A stretch of DNA of 64,000 bases from Octopus sinensis (lineage: Eukaryota), in contig NC_043006.1 of assembly GCF_006345805.1 (NCBI RefSeq), positions 1,922,001-1,986,000 on the forward strand, given 5' to 3'. The position numbers were made by a program, and so were the translations under genes. This document shows positions 9,782 through 22,020 of the stretch, in pieces. The stretch's first letter is position 1; every line of letters starts with the position of its first letter. Under the pieces are notes generated by a model. The model was not told where the DNA came from and did no database searches. It was given only the letters and a program-made list of their open reading frames with translations.

Positions 9782-12661
9782 TACAAGATTTTCTGGGCAG
9801 GGAACACTGACGGAGTTGGTGGCGTGGGTATACTTATCGCTGAGAAATGGGTAGATAAAGTAATTGAGGTAATCAGAGTATGTGACAGAATACTTAAGAT
9901 TAGATTAGTGCTTCATCATAGTTTAGCAACCATTATATCAGCCTATGCTCCTCAGTCGGGGATACCCGATGGACAGAAAGACCGATTCTATGACACTCTA
10001 CTGCAGACTACCTCGTTGACGAACGACAGAGACCTTCTCTTTGTGGCTTGTGACTTCAATGGCCAGGTTGGACGACATGCTGGGGGCTTCCATGGCATAC
10101 ATGGAGGCTATGGCTTTGGTTCCCGCAACGAGGAGGGAACCAGGCTGCTGGAGTTCTGCGATGCAAATAATCTTATGATTTGCAACACTAACTTCAGGAA
10201 ACCTACCAGCCACCTAGTCACCTACCGATTGGGCCAACATACCAGCCAAATAGTCTACATCCTTGCCAGGCAAGGGGAGTGATGGCTACTTATAAATGCC
10301 AAAACCTTCACAGGCGAAGAATGTACCCCACAACATAGACTGGTAGTTAGTGACTTTAGGATCAGGACTAGGAGGACAACCAGAAGACGACCAACATGGA
10401 GAAGAAGGATCTGGAAGCTTAAAGATCCTGCGAATGGACAGAGATTTAGGGACATGCTACTTGAAGCCTTTGACGAAGTAGAAGGGGATAGAGTATCACA
10501 TGGGGTAGAGGGCAACTGGACGTTTCTAAGGGACAACCTGCTGAGAGCCACTGACCAGATCTGTGGCTGGTGCAAAGTCCCCTCTCGTCCCAAGGTAACG
10601 TGGTGGTGGAACAGTGTTGTAGACAGGGCTATTAGAGAAAAGAGACAGACTTGGAAGCACTGGAAGAATGGTGGTAGCAGGGAATTGTATCAGACTGCTA
10701 AAAGGGAAGCTAGGAGACAGGTCTATCTAGCCAGAAGGGAAGCAGATAAGAAAAAATTTGCCAATGTTCTGCACCGTGAGGACCAAAGACTGAAGGTGTT
10801 TCGCGTTGCAAGACATTGTGTGAGAGAGAATTGTGATGTGGTAGGAGAGAAGTGTGTTCGCATGGAAGATGGTTCACTTGCGCTAAACGAGGATGCAAAG
10901 AGAGAGGCTTGGAGACGCCACTATGAAAGGTTGCTGAATGAAGAAAATGAATGGGATAAAGAGAGTCTGCCGAACGTTGACCCAACAGAGGGACCAGCTA
11001 TAAGGGTTGACAGTTCCTTGGTAGTTAAGGCAAATAGAAGCATGAAGACAGGGAAAGCCCCAGGCCCATCAGGTATCACTGCAGAGATGCTCAAAATATC
11101 TGGTAGTGTCGGCTATAGCCTAGTCACCCGTATAGTTAATCAGGTGATACATGAAGGAGTCATACCCAATGACTGGTGTAGCAGCATAATAGTCAACTGC
11201 TACAAAGGTAAAGGTGATGCCCTAGATACAAATAATTACAGAGGTATCAAGCAGTTGGATCAGGTGATGAAGGTTACAGAGAGGGTCATAAGCCAACTAA
11301 TTAGAGAGAGAGTTAGTTTAGATGAGATGCAGTTTGGGTTCGTGCCAGGGAAAAGTACCACTGATGCTATACTCCTGGTAAGGCAGCTGCAGGAGAAATA
11401 CCTAGCCAAAGATAAGCCCCTGTACCTGGCTTTTGTTGACATGGAGAAAGCCTTCGACAGGGTCCCCTGATCCTTCATCTGGTGGTCAATGAGGAAACTA
11501 GGAATAGATAAATGGTTAGTGAGAGCTGTGCGAGCCATGTACAGGGACGCTGCTAGTAAGGTGAGGGTTGGCAATGAGTACAGAGAAGAATTCCAGGTAG
11601 AGGTTGGGGTCTACCAAGGCTCAGTCCTCAGCCCCCTCCTATTTATCATAGTCCTCCAGGCAATAACGGAGGAATTCAAGACAGGATGCCCCTGGGAGCT
11701 CCTCTATGCTGATGACCTTGCTCTAATTGCTGAGTCACTATCAGAACTGGAGGAGAAGTTTCAGGTGTGGAAGCAAGGTTTAGAATCGAAGGGCCTTAGA
11801 GTCAAGCTAGCTAAAACCAAAGTCGTAATAAGTAGGAAGGTAGACAAATCACAAACGCCTTCAGGTAGATGGCCCTGCTCGATCTGTAGAAAAGGTGTAG
11901 GTAGAAACTCTATAAGATGCACCAAGTGTAAGCTATGGACACATAAGAGGTGCAGCAATGTCATAGGAAGGCTAACTAGGAAGATGGTTTTTGTATGTGG
12001 CAGATGCTTGGGAGCATTAACCTCTGAAAATCTGCAGAAAACAACTTCCGTCACTTTCCAGGGGGAAAAACTAAAAGTAGTTGATAGCTTCCGTTATCTT
12101 GGTGACCAAGTCAGTAGTGGGGGTGGGTGTGCTGAAAGTGTAACGGCTAGAGTAAGAATAGCCTGGGCAAAGTTTAGGGAGCTCTTACCTCTGCTGGTGA
12201 CTAAAGGCCTCTCGCTCAGAGTAAAAGGCAGACAGTATGATGCATGTGTACGAACAGCCATGCTACATGGCAGTGAAACATGGGCCGTGACTGCTGAGGA
12301 CATGCGTAAGCTTGTGAGGAATGAAGCCAGTATGCTCCGATGGATGTGTAATGTCAGTGTGCATGCTCGACAGAGCGTTAGTACCTTGAGAGAAATGTTG
12401 TACCTAAGAAGCATCAGTTGTGGTGTGCAAGAGAGACGATTGCGCTGGTATGGTCATGTGGCGAGAATGGATGAAGATAGGTGTGTGAAAATGTGCCAAT
12501 CCCTAGCAATGGAGGGAACCCGTGGAAGAGGTAGACCCAGGAAAACTTGGGACGAGGTGGTGAAGCACGACCTTCAAACTTTAGGCCTCACTGAGGAAAT
12601 GACCAGCGACCGAGACCTTTGGAAATATGCTGTGCGTGAAAAGACCAGGCAGGACAAGTGA
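9782..12661 (+). pseudogene. RTE ORF2 (AP endonuclease, RT, PHD-type finger), single frame with two internal TGA stops
   Basis: ORFs 9824, 10454 and 11489 share one frame; motifs SAYAPQ, DFNG, NYRGI, QFGF, AFVDMEKAFDRVP, QGSVLSP, YADD, FRYLG; stops at 10280-82 and 11468-70. Confidence 0.93.
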
Positions 12662-13190
12662 GCCCAGCCCACTTATGCATGCCTTTCCTCCCTTGGACAC
12701 ACAAAGACCTGTTGAGGCAAGCGAAGTCGATATCGAACCTCATCCGACGACAGGCACCTATGCCTACCCCCCTTTGCTTGTGAAGACCTGTTGGGGCAAG
12801 TGAAATCGGAATCGAAATTGAACCAATCCTATGACTGGCACCCGGCGGATGCCAGGACCCCTGGACTGGAGATACGTAAAAAGCACTATCTGAATTGTGG
12901 CCGATGCCAGCGCCGCCTCGACTGGCTTCCGTGTTGGTGGCACGTAAAAAGCACCATCCGAATCGTGGCCGAAGCCAGTGCCGCCTCGACTGGCTTCCGT
13001 GCAGGTGGCACGTAAAAAGCACCCACTACACTCACGGAGTGGTTGGCGTTAGGAAGGGCATCCAGCTGTAGAAACATTGCCAGATAACACCGGAGCCTGG
13101 TGCAGCCTTCTGGCTTCCCAGATCCCCGGTCGAACCGTCCAACCCATGATAGCATGGAGAACGGACGTTAAACGATGATGATGATGATAT
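9782..13190 (+). mobile_element. RTE-clade LINE (family 1), 5'-truncated, inserted in (TA)n
   Basis: APE + RT ORF, ~500-bp 3'UTR with ggtggcacgtaaaaagcacc subrepeats, (GAT)n tail; (TA)n on both sides. Confidence 0.95.
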
Positions 13191-13203
13191 ATATATATAT
13201 ATA

Positions 13204-13437
13204 CTGTTGTGTCTGGGGAGAGTCATTTTCTTTTTGTTCCGGTAAAATTTCCACTTATTTCTTATTTTTATTTTCGCTGCATCTTGCAACTTTTTCAACA
13301 GTCAAGACTATTGAAAAGGTTGCAAGATGCAACGAAAGTTTTAGGAAAATAAAAATATGAAATAAGTGGAAATTTTACCGGTGAGTGTGTTTTATTATAA
13401 GGCACAAAAAGAAAATGACTCTCCCCAGACACAACAG
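13204..13437. repeat. Fold-back (hairpin) element with a 2-nt loop
   Basis: Arm 13204-13303 pairs with 13306-13437, apart from two indels and a few mismatches. Confidence 0.9.
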
Positions 13438-13814
13438 AATATGCTTCAACACACAAACTCACATAAAGAATCTTGCAAACCAAATCCAAAAATTATATAT
13501 ATATCCTTCAACACTACAAGCTCTCAATTGAGCAGGATCTTATCTTGTGAGTTACTTGGTGACTTTACTTGTGCCAGTGGAATGTTAAATGTACCCAGAA
13601 CACTCTGTGGAGTGGTTGACACTAGGAAGAGCATCCAGCTGTAGAAACTATGTGAAAACCGACACTGGAACTTGGCGCAATCCTCCAGGTCAGCTCCAGT
13701 CAAAGAGTCCAACCTGTGCCATTATGGAAAATAGATGTTAAATAATAAAAACACAATGATGCTGATCATTCATACATGCATGCATACATACACACATACA
13801 TACATACATACATA

Positions 13815-13990
13815 CGTACATACACACATACATTTGTCTGTGTGTGTGTGTGTGTGATGGGCTTCTAACACTTTCTGTCAACCAAATTTTTTCACAAGTC
13901 TTTACTTGGTTTGAGACCATAGTAGAAAACATTTAGCTGAGGTGCCATGCAGTGGGACTGAACCTGAAGCCAAATGGTTGGGAAGCAAAA
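13815..13990 (-). mobile_element. SINE D 5' half, degraded
   Basis: gtagaaaacattt...gcagtgggactgaacc...gggaagcaaa. Confidence 0.7.
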
Positions 13991-14004
13991 TTCTTAATCA
14001 TACA

Positions 14005-14071
14005 CCCATCTGTCTGTCTGTCTGTCCGTCCGTCCGTCCGTCCATCTATCTATCTATCTATCTATCTATCC

Positions 14072-14106
<35 letters not shown>

Positions 14107-14138
14107 CATCTATATGTATATGTCTCTCTCTCTCTCTC

Positions 14139-14214
<76 letters not shown>

Positions 14215-14250
14215 ATACATATGTGCAGAGAGAGAGGGAGAGAGAGATAC
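14005..14250. repeat. Compound (TCTG/TCCG/TCTA/TC/TA)n microsatellite
   Basis: Directly visible. Confidence 0.95.
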
Positions 14251-14283
14251 AAGAGATATAGACACAATCCCAGCATTAGTTTC

Positions 14284-14499
14284 AATTTGATTGCCATACA
14301 GTTTGTTGTTAAACAAACGTAGAGAGGAGGTGGGTGTGCCCCCCCCCTCCCCGTGTACAGTCACACCAGTAGATTCCATTTCAATGCCTTGTAGTCTGTT
14401 GTTCACCAACTGTAGAGGAAGAAAGTCGGGTGACCGACCGCAGATTGATACATTCTTACTATTAGGTTCAGTTTGATTGTTCTATAGTCTGTTGTTCAC

Positions 14500-14537
<38 letters not shown>

Positions 14538-14673
14538 CAGAGTAATACCATTTATTTGATTGTTCTATAGCTTATTGTTCATCAAATGGCGAGGGGGTGG
14601 TGGCGAAGAAGACGTTCGGTTAGTCATGCTACTAGATTCAAATTTCATTGTTACATAATTTGTTGTTCACTAA
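14284..14673 (+). repeat. Degenerate ~90-bp-period array, 5 copies of a tttgattgtt..tagtctgttgttcaccaa core
   Basis: Cores near 14284, 14377, 14469, 14553 and 14641 with unrelated spacers. Confidence 0.65.
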
Positions 14674-15271
14674 ACACACGGAATCTAGAATGAATTTCTC
14701 CTTCCCTTCTTTTCTTCTTCTTCTTCAGAATAGAATCTCTCATTTGAAATTAATGGAATGCATTTTTATATTCCTCTCTTCTCTAATCAGGTGTGTACAG
14801 GTTCTGGTTGAGCATTGCTACAAAAATAAGCAACCATGCCTAATATTTTTCTCTTTTCGCTCAAATCAGGTCAGATCAAAGGCATTCCATCCATATCTAG
14901 TTCAGACATTATGCATTTATGACTACATTGTTCAATATTTCTTCCCTACTTTTTTTATTTTTTTATTAGATAGGTAGATGTGAAATTAAAGAGAGATTTA
15001 GCTGGTGTTTCTAGCAGGTTCACCAACAGCATAGAGGCTTCCCTGCTGGTTGAATGATTCTGTAGTTGAACGTTCAGGTGTAGATGCTGTTCATGGATAC
15101 AAAGTTATGTAAAAGATTCAAGCAATTAAACACCGAAGCCCCTTGCCTATACAGGTGTGTTTAGTTCTTTTCGGTCATTTGTATGAATTTAGAAAAAGAT
15201 ACATTGTTCACAAAAGAAAAGCTGTATATGAAAACAAATTGGTAAAAATTTTCCTGAGACTCTTTTTATCA

Positions 15272-15413
15272 TTAGGAAGGGCATCCAGCTGTAGAAACAC
15301 TGCCAGATCAGACTGGGCCTGGTGCAGCCTTCTGGCTTCCCAGACCCCAGTTAAACCGTCCAACCCATGCCAGCATGGAAAGCGGACGTTAAACGATGAT
15401 GATGATGATGATC
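15272..15413 (+). mobile_element. RTE family 1 3' end with (GAT)n tail
   Basis: ttaggaagggcatccagctgtagaaac...ggacgttaaacgatgatg. Confidence 0.9.
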
Positions 15414-15419
15414 AGTACC

Positions 15420-16290
15420 TGCTTCAGTATGGTATTGGAAGAGATTGCATGATGCTATAGAGGTGTTGATTGATCTCTTTCCTGACTATGCCCCAAATGT
15501 AATTGTCCAGTGGATTGGGCTATGGTGAGCTAGGAGGCCATGTATCTGGGAGAACATGATCTTGGAGATTGGCACATATTCACTCTTGGGTTGTCCTAGT
15601 CTAATGAAATGGCACAGAGTCTTGTTGGAAGATGTACAGTCTTCCATTGCATACTCTGTCTATCCAGGGCTTCACAACTTTTTCCAGCATCTCTGAATAG
15701 ATAGTTGCATTGACTCTTAAGCTCTGTGAAGATAAAAGTGAGGAGGCCTGACATTTTCTTTGTTGCTGATTATTCCCAGAACTGTCCCAGTTACTGGGAA
15801 CTTAGTATGCATGGCTGTTGCAACCTTATTTGGCTCTCAGCTCTCTGATCAAAGTTTGTCTCATCAGAGAAAAACCAAAGCATTTTAACCTCCTGCTGTT
15901 TTAACTTGTACAGTCAGCACTTTGCATGGACAGAACAATTCTCTCTTGTCACGTCCAACAAAAACTGACCCCTCCACATCACATACGACTTGTATCTGAT
16001 ATCTTTATGCACAACTGTTTTGATGGTGCAAAGGTCCTTTGCAATGGCCCTGATGTACTTTCTGGAGTTTTTATTCATTATTTCTTGGACTTTTTGAACA
16101 AAGTCATGTGTTCTGACGGTATTAGGACCCCGGTGCATGCATTTTGTGTTCAGCTGGATTCCCATCTTTGGGACCTGGGTCTTGGGCCTTCATTCTTTTG
16201 TTCATTGTTATCAGAATCTGCACTTAGAATTTATTTGTGTCACCTCTCAGCTCATGCAATTGTTATTGACCATTGTTATTGACCCAGTTC
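15420..16290 (-). pseudogene. Tc1/mariner-superfamily transposase relic, DD37D (maT-like)
   Basis: Minus strand WFFSDETNF, YIFQQDS, WPPSSP*PNPLDNYIWG; 37 residues between the second and third D; IRYKSY upstream. Confidence 0.8.
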
Positions 16291-16600
16291 AACTTCAACA
16301 CAGCTACATATTGAAATGCCTGTAAAAGCACATTCTCTTTTCTTATCAGTTTTTAGTGTGTTAACCCCTCTCTCTCTTTTCCTCAGACACTGGCAGATAG
16401 TTAATTTGTCATAAATGGCAATCTTGTATAAGTTTCACATCAATTAAGTAGCAGACCTCTACAACCACAAGAGGTTCTCTATGAAAACTGATGAGCATTC
16501 GTATTTACTTCCAACTCACCATAGTTGTGAAAAACTTTATAATAGTTGAATAAAATTTATGACAAGTGTGAGTTACTTCGTGTGTTAATTTGTTTCAATG

Positions 16601-18422
16601 CTACTAGGACAATTCATCCTTGGTTATTTCGTTGTCCCTGGTCAATTCGTTGTTGATCAATTCATCCCCAGATCAATTCATCACTGGCCAAATCATCCCC
16701 AAATACCATTAAATGTGATTTTCAAGGGAAAGTTTAGAACAATCACTTTATAATTAAAATTGTTGTTGGACAGTTTTAGATATTATTTTCCCTCTCTTTA
16801 GCCCCCACCCCCCAACCTCTCTCTTATCTCTGCTGAATAGTTTAACAGTTTACCAACAAAGATTTTCAAGTAAATTGAATTAAACTTATTCAATATGCCA
16901 ACCCATCAACATGATTACCTGCAAGATCATAACTTCAGAGAAATGAAGAATCAAAACGGTCGATCAAGAAAATTATATATGCACAAAAAATAAGCAGAAT
17001 GCAGATGGATTGAAGATATACTGGAGGTGCGAAAATTGTGTGTGCAAGGCGAGACTTCAAACAGATGAAAATTATAAACAGCTTAAGAAGATTGGGATCC
17101 ATAATCACACTTCAACTGCTGCAGAGGTGAATGCAAGGATAATAGTTTCAAATATTAAAGTAAAGTCTATTTCATCTTGCGATGCCTCTCGCTCAATTAT
17201 TGCTAGTGAAGTTCTGAATTTAAATGACTGTACATAGTCACGAATACCTCTGTTTGTACAGCTTAATAGGAATATTAGAGGTTGGAGGCAAGCTGATTCC
17301 AACTATCCTGCCACCCCACTTACAAATGTTTGGGTATTCCATTCCAAGTGAATCCTCCAGTGGGACGGAAGATTCAAAATGAATACTAATATTTGCAAAT
17401 GACGAAGCACTTGGATAGTTAAAACAGCACAAGAACTGGCCAGCAGACGGAATGGCTAAGTGCTGCTCTAGTAGATTCTTTCAGTTATATACACTTTACA
17501 TTTGAATTGATAATTTTAATGCCCCAGGATTGCTTTCTGACAAGAGTCAAGACACATATAGGAGACTTTTTGCCAAAATGAATGAATTACTGCAGAATGA
17601 GGAACCTGATAATATAATTATGGATTTCAAAAAAGCAGCCCATAATGGGTTTCTGGAATCGTTTCCTGGGTCAAATTTGGCCTGCTGCTTGTTTCATTTA
17701 GGACAAAATTTGTACAAGCATGTTGTGCAAGAAGGACTAAAATGCAATTATCATGAAGACGACAGTTTTAGTCTAAAAGTGCAGTGTTTTGTTGCCCTTG
17801 TCTTCCTGCCCATTGATGATGTTGTAGATGGATATGAACAACTTGTAGATGATGATGATGATATTCCACAGTCACTCGTATCCTATTTTTAAAAGAACTA
17901 TATAGGACCCCTAGAGGAAGAGGTCAGAGGAGGCAATGCCTTGAACCTCCATTTCAATTACCTATATGGAATGTTTGGGATCTCTGTATGACAGGGATTG
18001 CTCGTACAACAAATTGTTTAGAAGCCTACCATAGCACGCTGAAAAGCACAGTGAATTTTGGAAACTTATTGATGTGATTAAATGTGAGGAAAGGTTTGCC
18101 AGTACCAAATTGCAGAAGTTTATAGAAGGAGAAGAACCAAGCCAAAAGAAAAAATACAGAGATATGAACCTGCGTATAAAAAATGTGATTCAAGCCAGAA
18201 AATTATTTCTCTAAAAGCAATTGCGTACAATCTTAAATTTTAAGAAAAAATAAATATCTAATACAGCAAACCTTAAAATAAAGGTTTTTTAATTCAGATA
18301 TTTGTTCTTCCATTTTTCCTATGATCTCAATGAACTGACTGACAACAAATTGACCAATGATGAATTGACTGGGGACAAATTAAACAATGACAAATTGCCA
18401 TCAACGAATTGACCAGACACTC
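16601..18422 (+). mobile_element. Mutator-like (MULE) DNA transposon with subrepeat-built terminal inverted regions
   Basis: Tandem ggtcaattc(g/a)t units at 16607-16700 and inverted at 18320-18420; candidate TSD tttcaatg (16593-16600 / 18423-18430). Confidence 0.75.
16950..18243 (+). pseudogene. FLYWCH zinc finger + MULE DDE transposase, disrupted
   Basis: KIYWRCENCVCKARL...HNH; IMDFKKAAHN..FP....CLFHLGQN; RTTNCLEAYH; several stops and frameshifts. Confidence 0.85.
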
Positions 18423-18449
18423 TTTCAATGTAACCAGAAATGAATAATA

Positions 18450-18825
18450 AAGGTGGTGAGCTGGCAGAATCGTTAGCACGCTGGGCAAAATGCATAGCCA
18501 TATTTCGTCTGCCATTACGTCCTGAGTTCAAATCTTGCCGAGGTTGACTTTGCCTTTCATCCTTTCGGGGTCAATAAATTAAGTACCAATTATGCACTGG
18601 GGTCGATATAATCGACTTAATCCCTTTGTCTGTCCTTGTTTGTGCCCTCTATGTTTAGCCCCTTGTGGGTAGTAAAGAAATAGGTATTTTGTCTGCCGTT
18701 ATGTTCTGAGTTCAAATTCTGCCGAGTTAGAATTTGCCTTTCATCTTTTCAGGGGTCGATAAATCCCTTTGTCTGTCCTTGTTTGTCCCCTCTATGTTTA
18801 GCCCCTTGTGGGCAATAAAGAAATA
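18450..18825 (+). mobile_element. Two tandem SINE A copies (full + internally deleted)
   Basis: aaggtggtgagctggcagaatcgttagc head; tail atccctttgtctgtccttgtttg...aaagaaata present twice. Confidence 0.85.
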
Positions 18826-19250
18826 AGAAATGAATAACTGTGCAACTGCTTTTACTTGATTAACGTTTTCTTTAACTTGCAACAACCCCACTACACCACA
18901 CCTTAACCTGCCACAATCTACCTGTTTCACTTATACCATTACATTTGGTGACCTATATATATATCACACATAACTGTTACATTGCTTTTGTAACCTAGGT
19001 GATCTAATTATTTGCTGTATGGAGTCATAGTGAAGCATAAGCTAGACTAATTTGCAGAGCAGAGAAAGTTCAATGGACAGTTGCCCAATTTGGCAAAAAA
19101 GAAGTTCTCTCTTTCTGGTTTGAAAAAGTAAAGTGCACAAAGCAGGTAAGGCCTAAGAAATGTCATGTTTCCCACTGATGAGAAACGGGCATTGAATATG
19201 GAAGATATCTCTGGAAAGAAACAGACTGGGAAGAAGTGAGGCTGGATTAA

Positions 19251-19470
19251 CCCTTTAGGGTTCAGATTATTCTGTCAAATGTGATGATTGATTATTTAAA
19301 ATGGTTTGAATTAATCCTGCATTATCTTGTAGTTTAGAGATTTCAGTGATGTGATTTTTTCGTTTTAGAATGACATGGTAGGGATGAGGTGAGAGGCGAG
19401 ATCTGGTCAGTTTCAATATAAAACAGGTTAAATATTTTGGCCAGATACGGCCGGTTTGAATGCTAAGGGG
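19251..19470. mobile_element. piggyBac-type MITE
   Basis: TTAA|CCCTTTAG...CTAAGGGG|TTAA; 220 bp. Confidence 0.75.
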
Positions 19471-20109
19471 TTAAGTATGTCTAGGGGACTAAAAAATGTC
19501 TGTTACTTTCATAAGTTGGCTTCCAAGACGAATTGATCTCCAGTGTATAGCGTCTGTATTGTCCATAAATGTTGATCATAAATTTTTAGCTTATTGGACT
19601 TATCTGCCCTGTTGTTTTTAGATTGTTACACACATTTGGGGGGAGTATTTATTCTTTAATTGCAAAGGTTATCTCAGTTGATCAAAGTTTTACAACTAGC
19701 CAAGTTGTACATGTGTACTAACGAATTTGTATGGTTGCTACTTTCTCCTTCCCTACCCCTTGTTGTGTGTGTGAGAGAGAGAGAAAGAGAGAGAGAAGAG
19801 AAAGAGAGAGAGAAAGAGAGAAAGAGAAAGAGAGGGAGAAAGAGTGTGTGTGTGCATAACTGTTGTTTTAGTGTATATGGTCTCAGATAAGTTGACTGTG
19901 CAGGTGTTACAGCACTCACAAACCACACACACACACACACACACTACGCACACACACACACATGCGCATTGATAATTTTGAAAAGATAAGATTTTGTAAG
20001 TAAGGTTGGAAATCATTTAAAAGTAAAAGAGAAAATATTATCTTTCTTCATCATAATCTTTAGTGAAAAAAGCTAAAATCAACTTGCTCATACTGTCGAA
20101 TGAATTTCA

Positions 20110-20460
20110 TTTTCTAGCCGGGTCATAGTGCTAATGCATGCATATACAGCTGCGTGCGCGCGCACATACAGGCGAGTACTGTCCAAATCTCTGACCAATC
20201 ACAAACAGCTAGCTGGCATTCAATTGGCGTATCAAGTTTCGGGCATTTTGATTGGGTTTGGGATAGAAAATTCACAAAAAAGTCACTTCTATTGAATTTT
20301 TAATGGCTTTGCGGGGTGACTGGGGAAATGTAAAGATGTGCACGACCACCCTTGGATGGTTTTGAATGACCATAGAAAGTGTGAGCCCTCTAACTGAAAA
20401 ATTGTGGATTTGTATAAAGGACACACACACACACAGACATTTTGCCGTTTATATAGAGAT
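20110..20460 (-). mobile_element. Putative non-autonomous Helitron-like element
   Basis: Minus strand starts a|tctctatataaacggcaaaatgtctgtgtg; ...cccggctag near 20113; CpG-rich relative to flanks. Confidence 0.4.
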
Positions 20461-20724
20461 GTATTGATATGGTAACAGATTTACTGCAATTTATTGTAAC
20501 CTGGAAACCAGAAATACTTTAGAATTAGGGGCAGGTCAGTATCAAAAGGGTTAAGTATAGTGGGGTCAATTTTGGTTGTTTAGACTTCATCTGTTCCCTG
20601 TTTAACATCCCTACCTGATCTTAGGATGTTGTTAGCAGAGAGCAGAGTAGACTCCGTTGCTATACTACCAGTCCACCTCTGACTAAGTCAGGAATATAGA
20701 GGACATTATGAGATGTATCAATTG

Positions 20725-20940
20725 TCTCTATCTTTCGGAAGCATAAGCCAATGAGGAAGATCTCTCTGGTTGCTCAGCCTGCTAGAAATAACAACTAAAT
20801 CTTTCTCAAATCACATCCAACAGTGCTTTTTAAAAAAAAGGTGACACTGAATAATGATGTCCTTGAGATGCTGCATCTGAAGAAAGACAAGATGCTCAAA
20901 GATTGAACACTTTAGCTCGGGGATGACTCAGGGTTAAATA
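20725..20940 (+). repeat. Dispersed repeat family E (ctagaaatagcagccaaatc type); other copies near 14870-15050, 27095-27180, 27900-28090, 45600-45860, 48130-48190, 54100-54300
   Basis: Shared motif ctaga(a/g)a(t/c)a(g/a)ca(g/a)c(c/t)aaatc...tca(a/t)atcac on either strand. Confidence 0.6.
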
Positions 20941-20984
20941 CTGTTGTCACTGTTTTCTTTGGAATGAGTACCATACGAGTGTGA

Positions 20985-21462
20985 TTGATGACAGAACGGC
21001 TAACCGGCTTCCGTGCCAGTGGCACATAAAAGGCACCATTCGAGTGTGATTGTTACCAGTGTCACCTTACTGGCATTGGAGCCCCATGCTAGTAGGATAT
21101 TAAGAGCACCATCCGAGCATGATCATTGCCAGAGCGGCTATCTGGCCTCGGTGCCGGTGGCACGTAAAAGGGCACCATTCGAGCGTGATTGTTACCAACA
21201 TCACCTTACTGGCTCCTGTGCCGGTGGCATGTGTAAAAGATTCGAGTGAGGTCGTTGCCAGTATCGCCTGACTGGCCCCTGTGCCGGTAGCACGTAAAAG
21301 CACCCATTACACTCTCCGAGTGGTTGGCGTTAGGAAGGGCATCCAGCTGTAGAAACTCTGCCAGATCAAGAGTGGAGCCTGGTGCAGCCATCTGGTTCGC
21401 CAGCCCTCAGCCATTCGTCCAACCCATGCTAGCATGGAAAGCGGATGTTAAACGATGATGAG
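20985..21462 (+). mobile_element. RTE family 1-related 3'UTR copy with subrepeats
   Basis: Several gtgccggtggcacgtaaaa modules, then the ggacgttaaacgatgatg-type end. Confidence 0.85.
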
Positions 21463-21973
21463 GAATTCTTAATTTCTTCAAATTATCCAGGCAGCAGCTT
21501 GAACTTGTTGTTATGAAGCTTGCTCAATAACCTCAGACTTCCAGGTTCATTCCCAGGGAAGAGCACTGTGAGCAAGTTGCTAACGTTTACTGTTAGGTTT
21601 TTGAATTGAAAGGCCTATTTCAATTCATTAAGAATTTTTTTGCATACATTACTCCGTACCTCATCATCTATCTCACCCGTCCAAATACATAACTGTTCAG
21701 CCCAATTCAGTCCCTTCATTGAGTGGATTTAAGATCAAAGGCATTCTAGTCAAAACCGGCCTATTTTTATTACTGTCAGCAGTAGTAATATACATTGGAT
21801 TATGTTATCTGACATTCCCTTTATAAAGCAAATGTATTTAATTTGAGGGATATAAGTCTGGTACTTATTCTATTAGTCTCTTTTTGCTGAACTGCTAAGA
21901 CAAGGGGACATAGACACACCAACATTGGTTGTCAGGCAGTGGTGGGGAACAAACAGACACACATTGTATGTAG

Positions 21974-22004
<31 letters not shown>

Positions 22005-22020
22005 ATATATGTGTGTGTGT

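Noticed and set aside
13942-14409. (IY)n/(YLSI)n ORFs here and at 29941-30409, 52888-53911
   Set aside because: (TA)n and (TCTA)n tracts
14284-14673. CRISPR interpretation of the repeat-spacer array
   Set aside because: Eukaryotic DNA, degenerate repeats, low-complexity spacers, no cas genes
15150-16324. TA|CAGG...CCTG|TA as TIRs of the DD37D relic
   Set aside because: Only 4-6 bp match; may be chance
16488-19181. CTGATGAG motifs at 16488 and 19175 as hammerheads
   Set aside because: No stem II/GAAA/stem III arrangement follows
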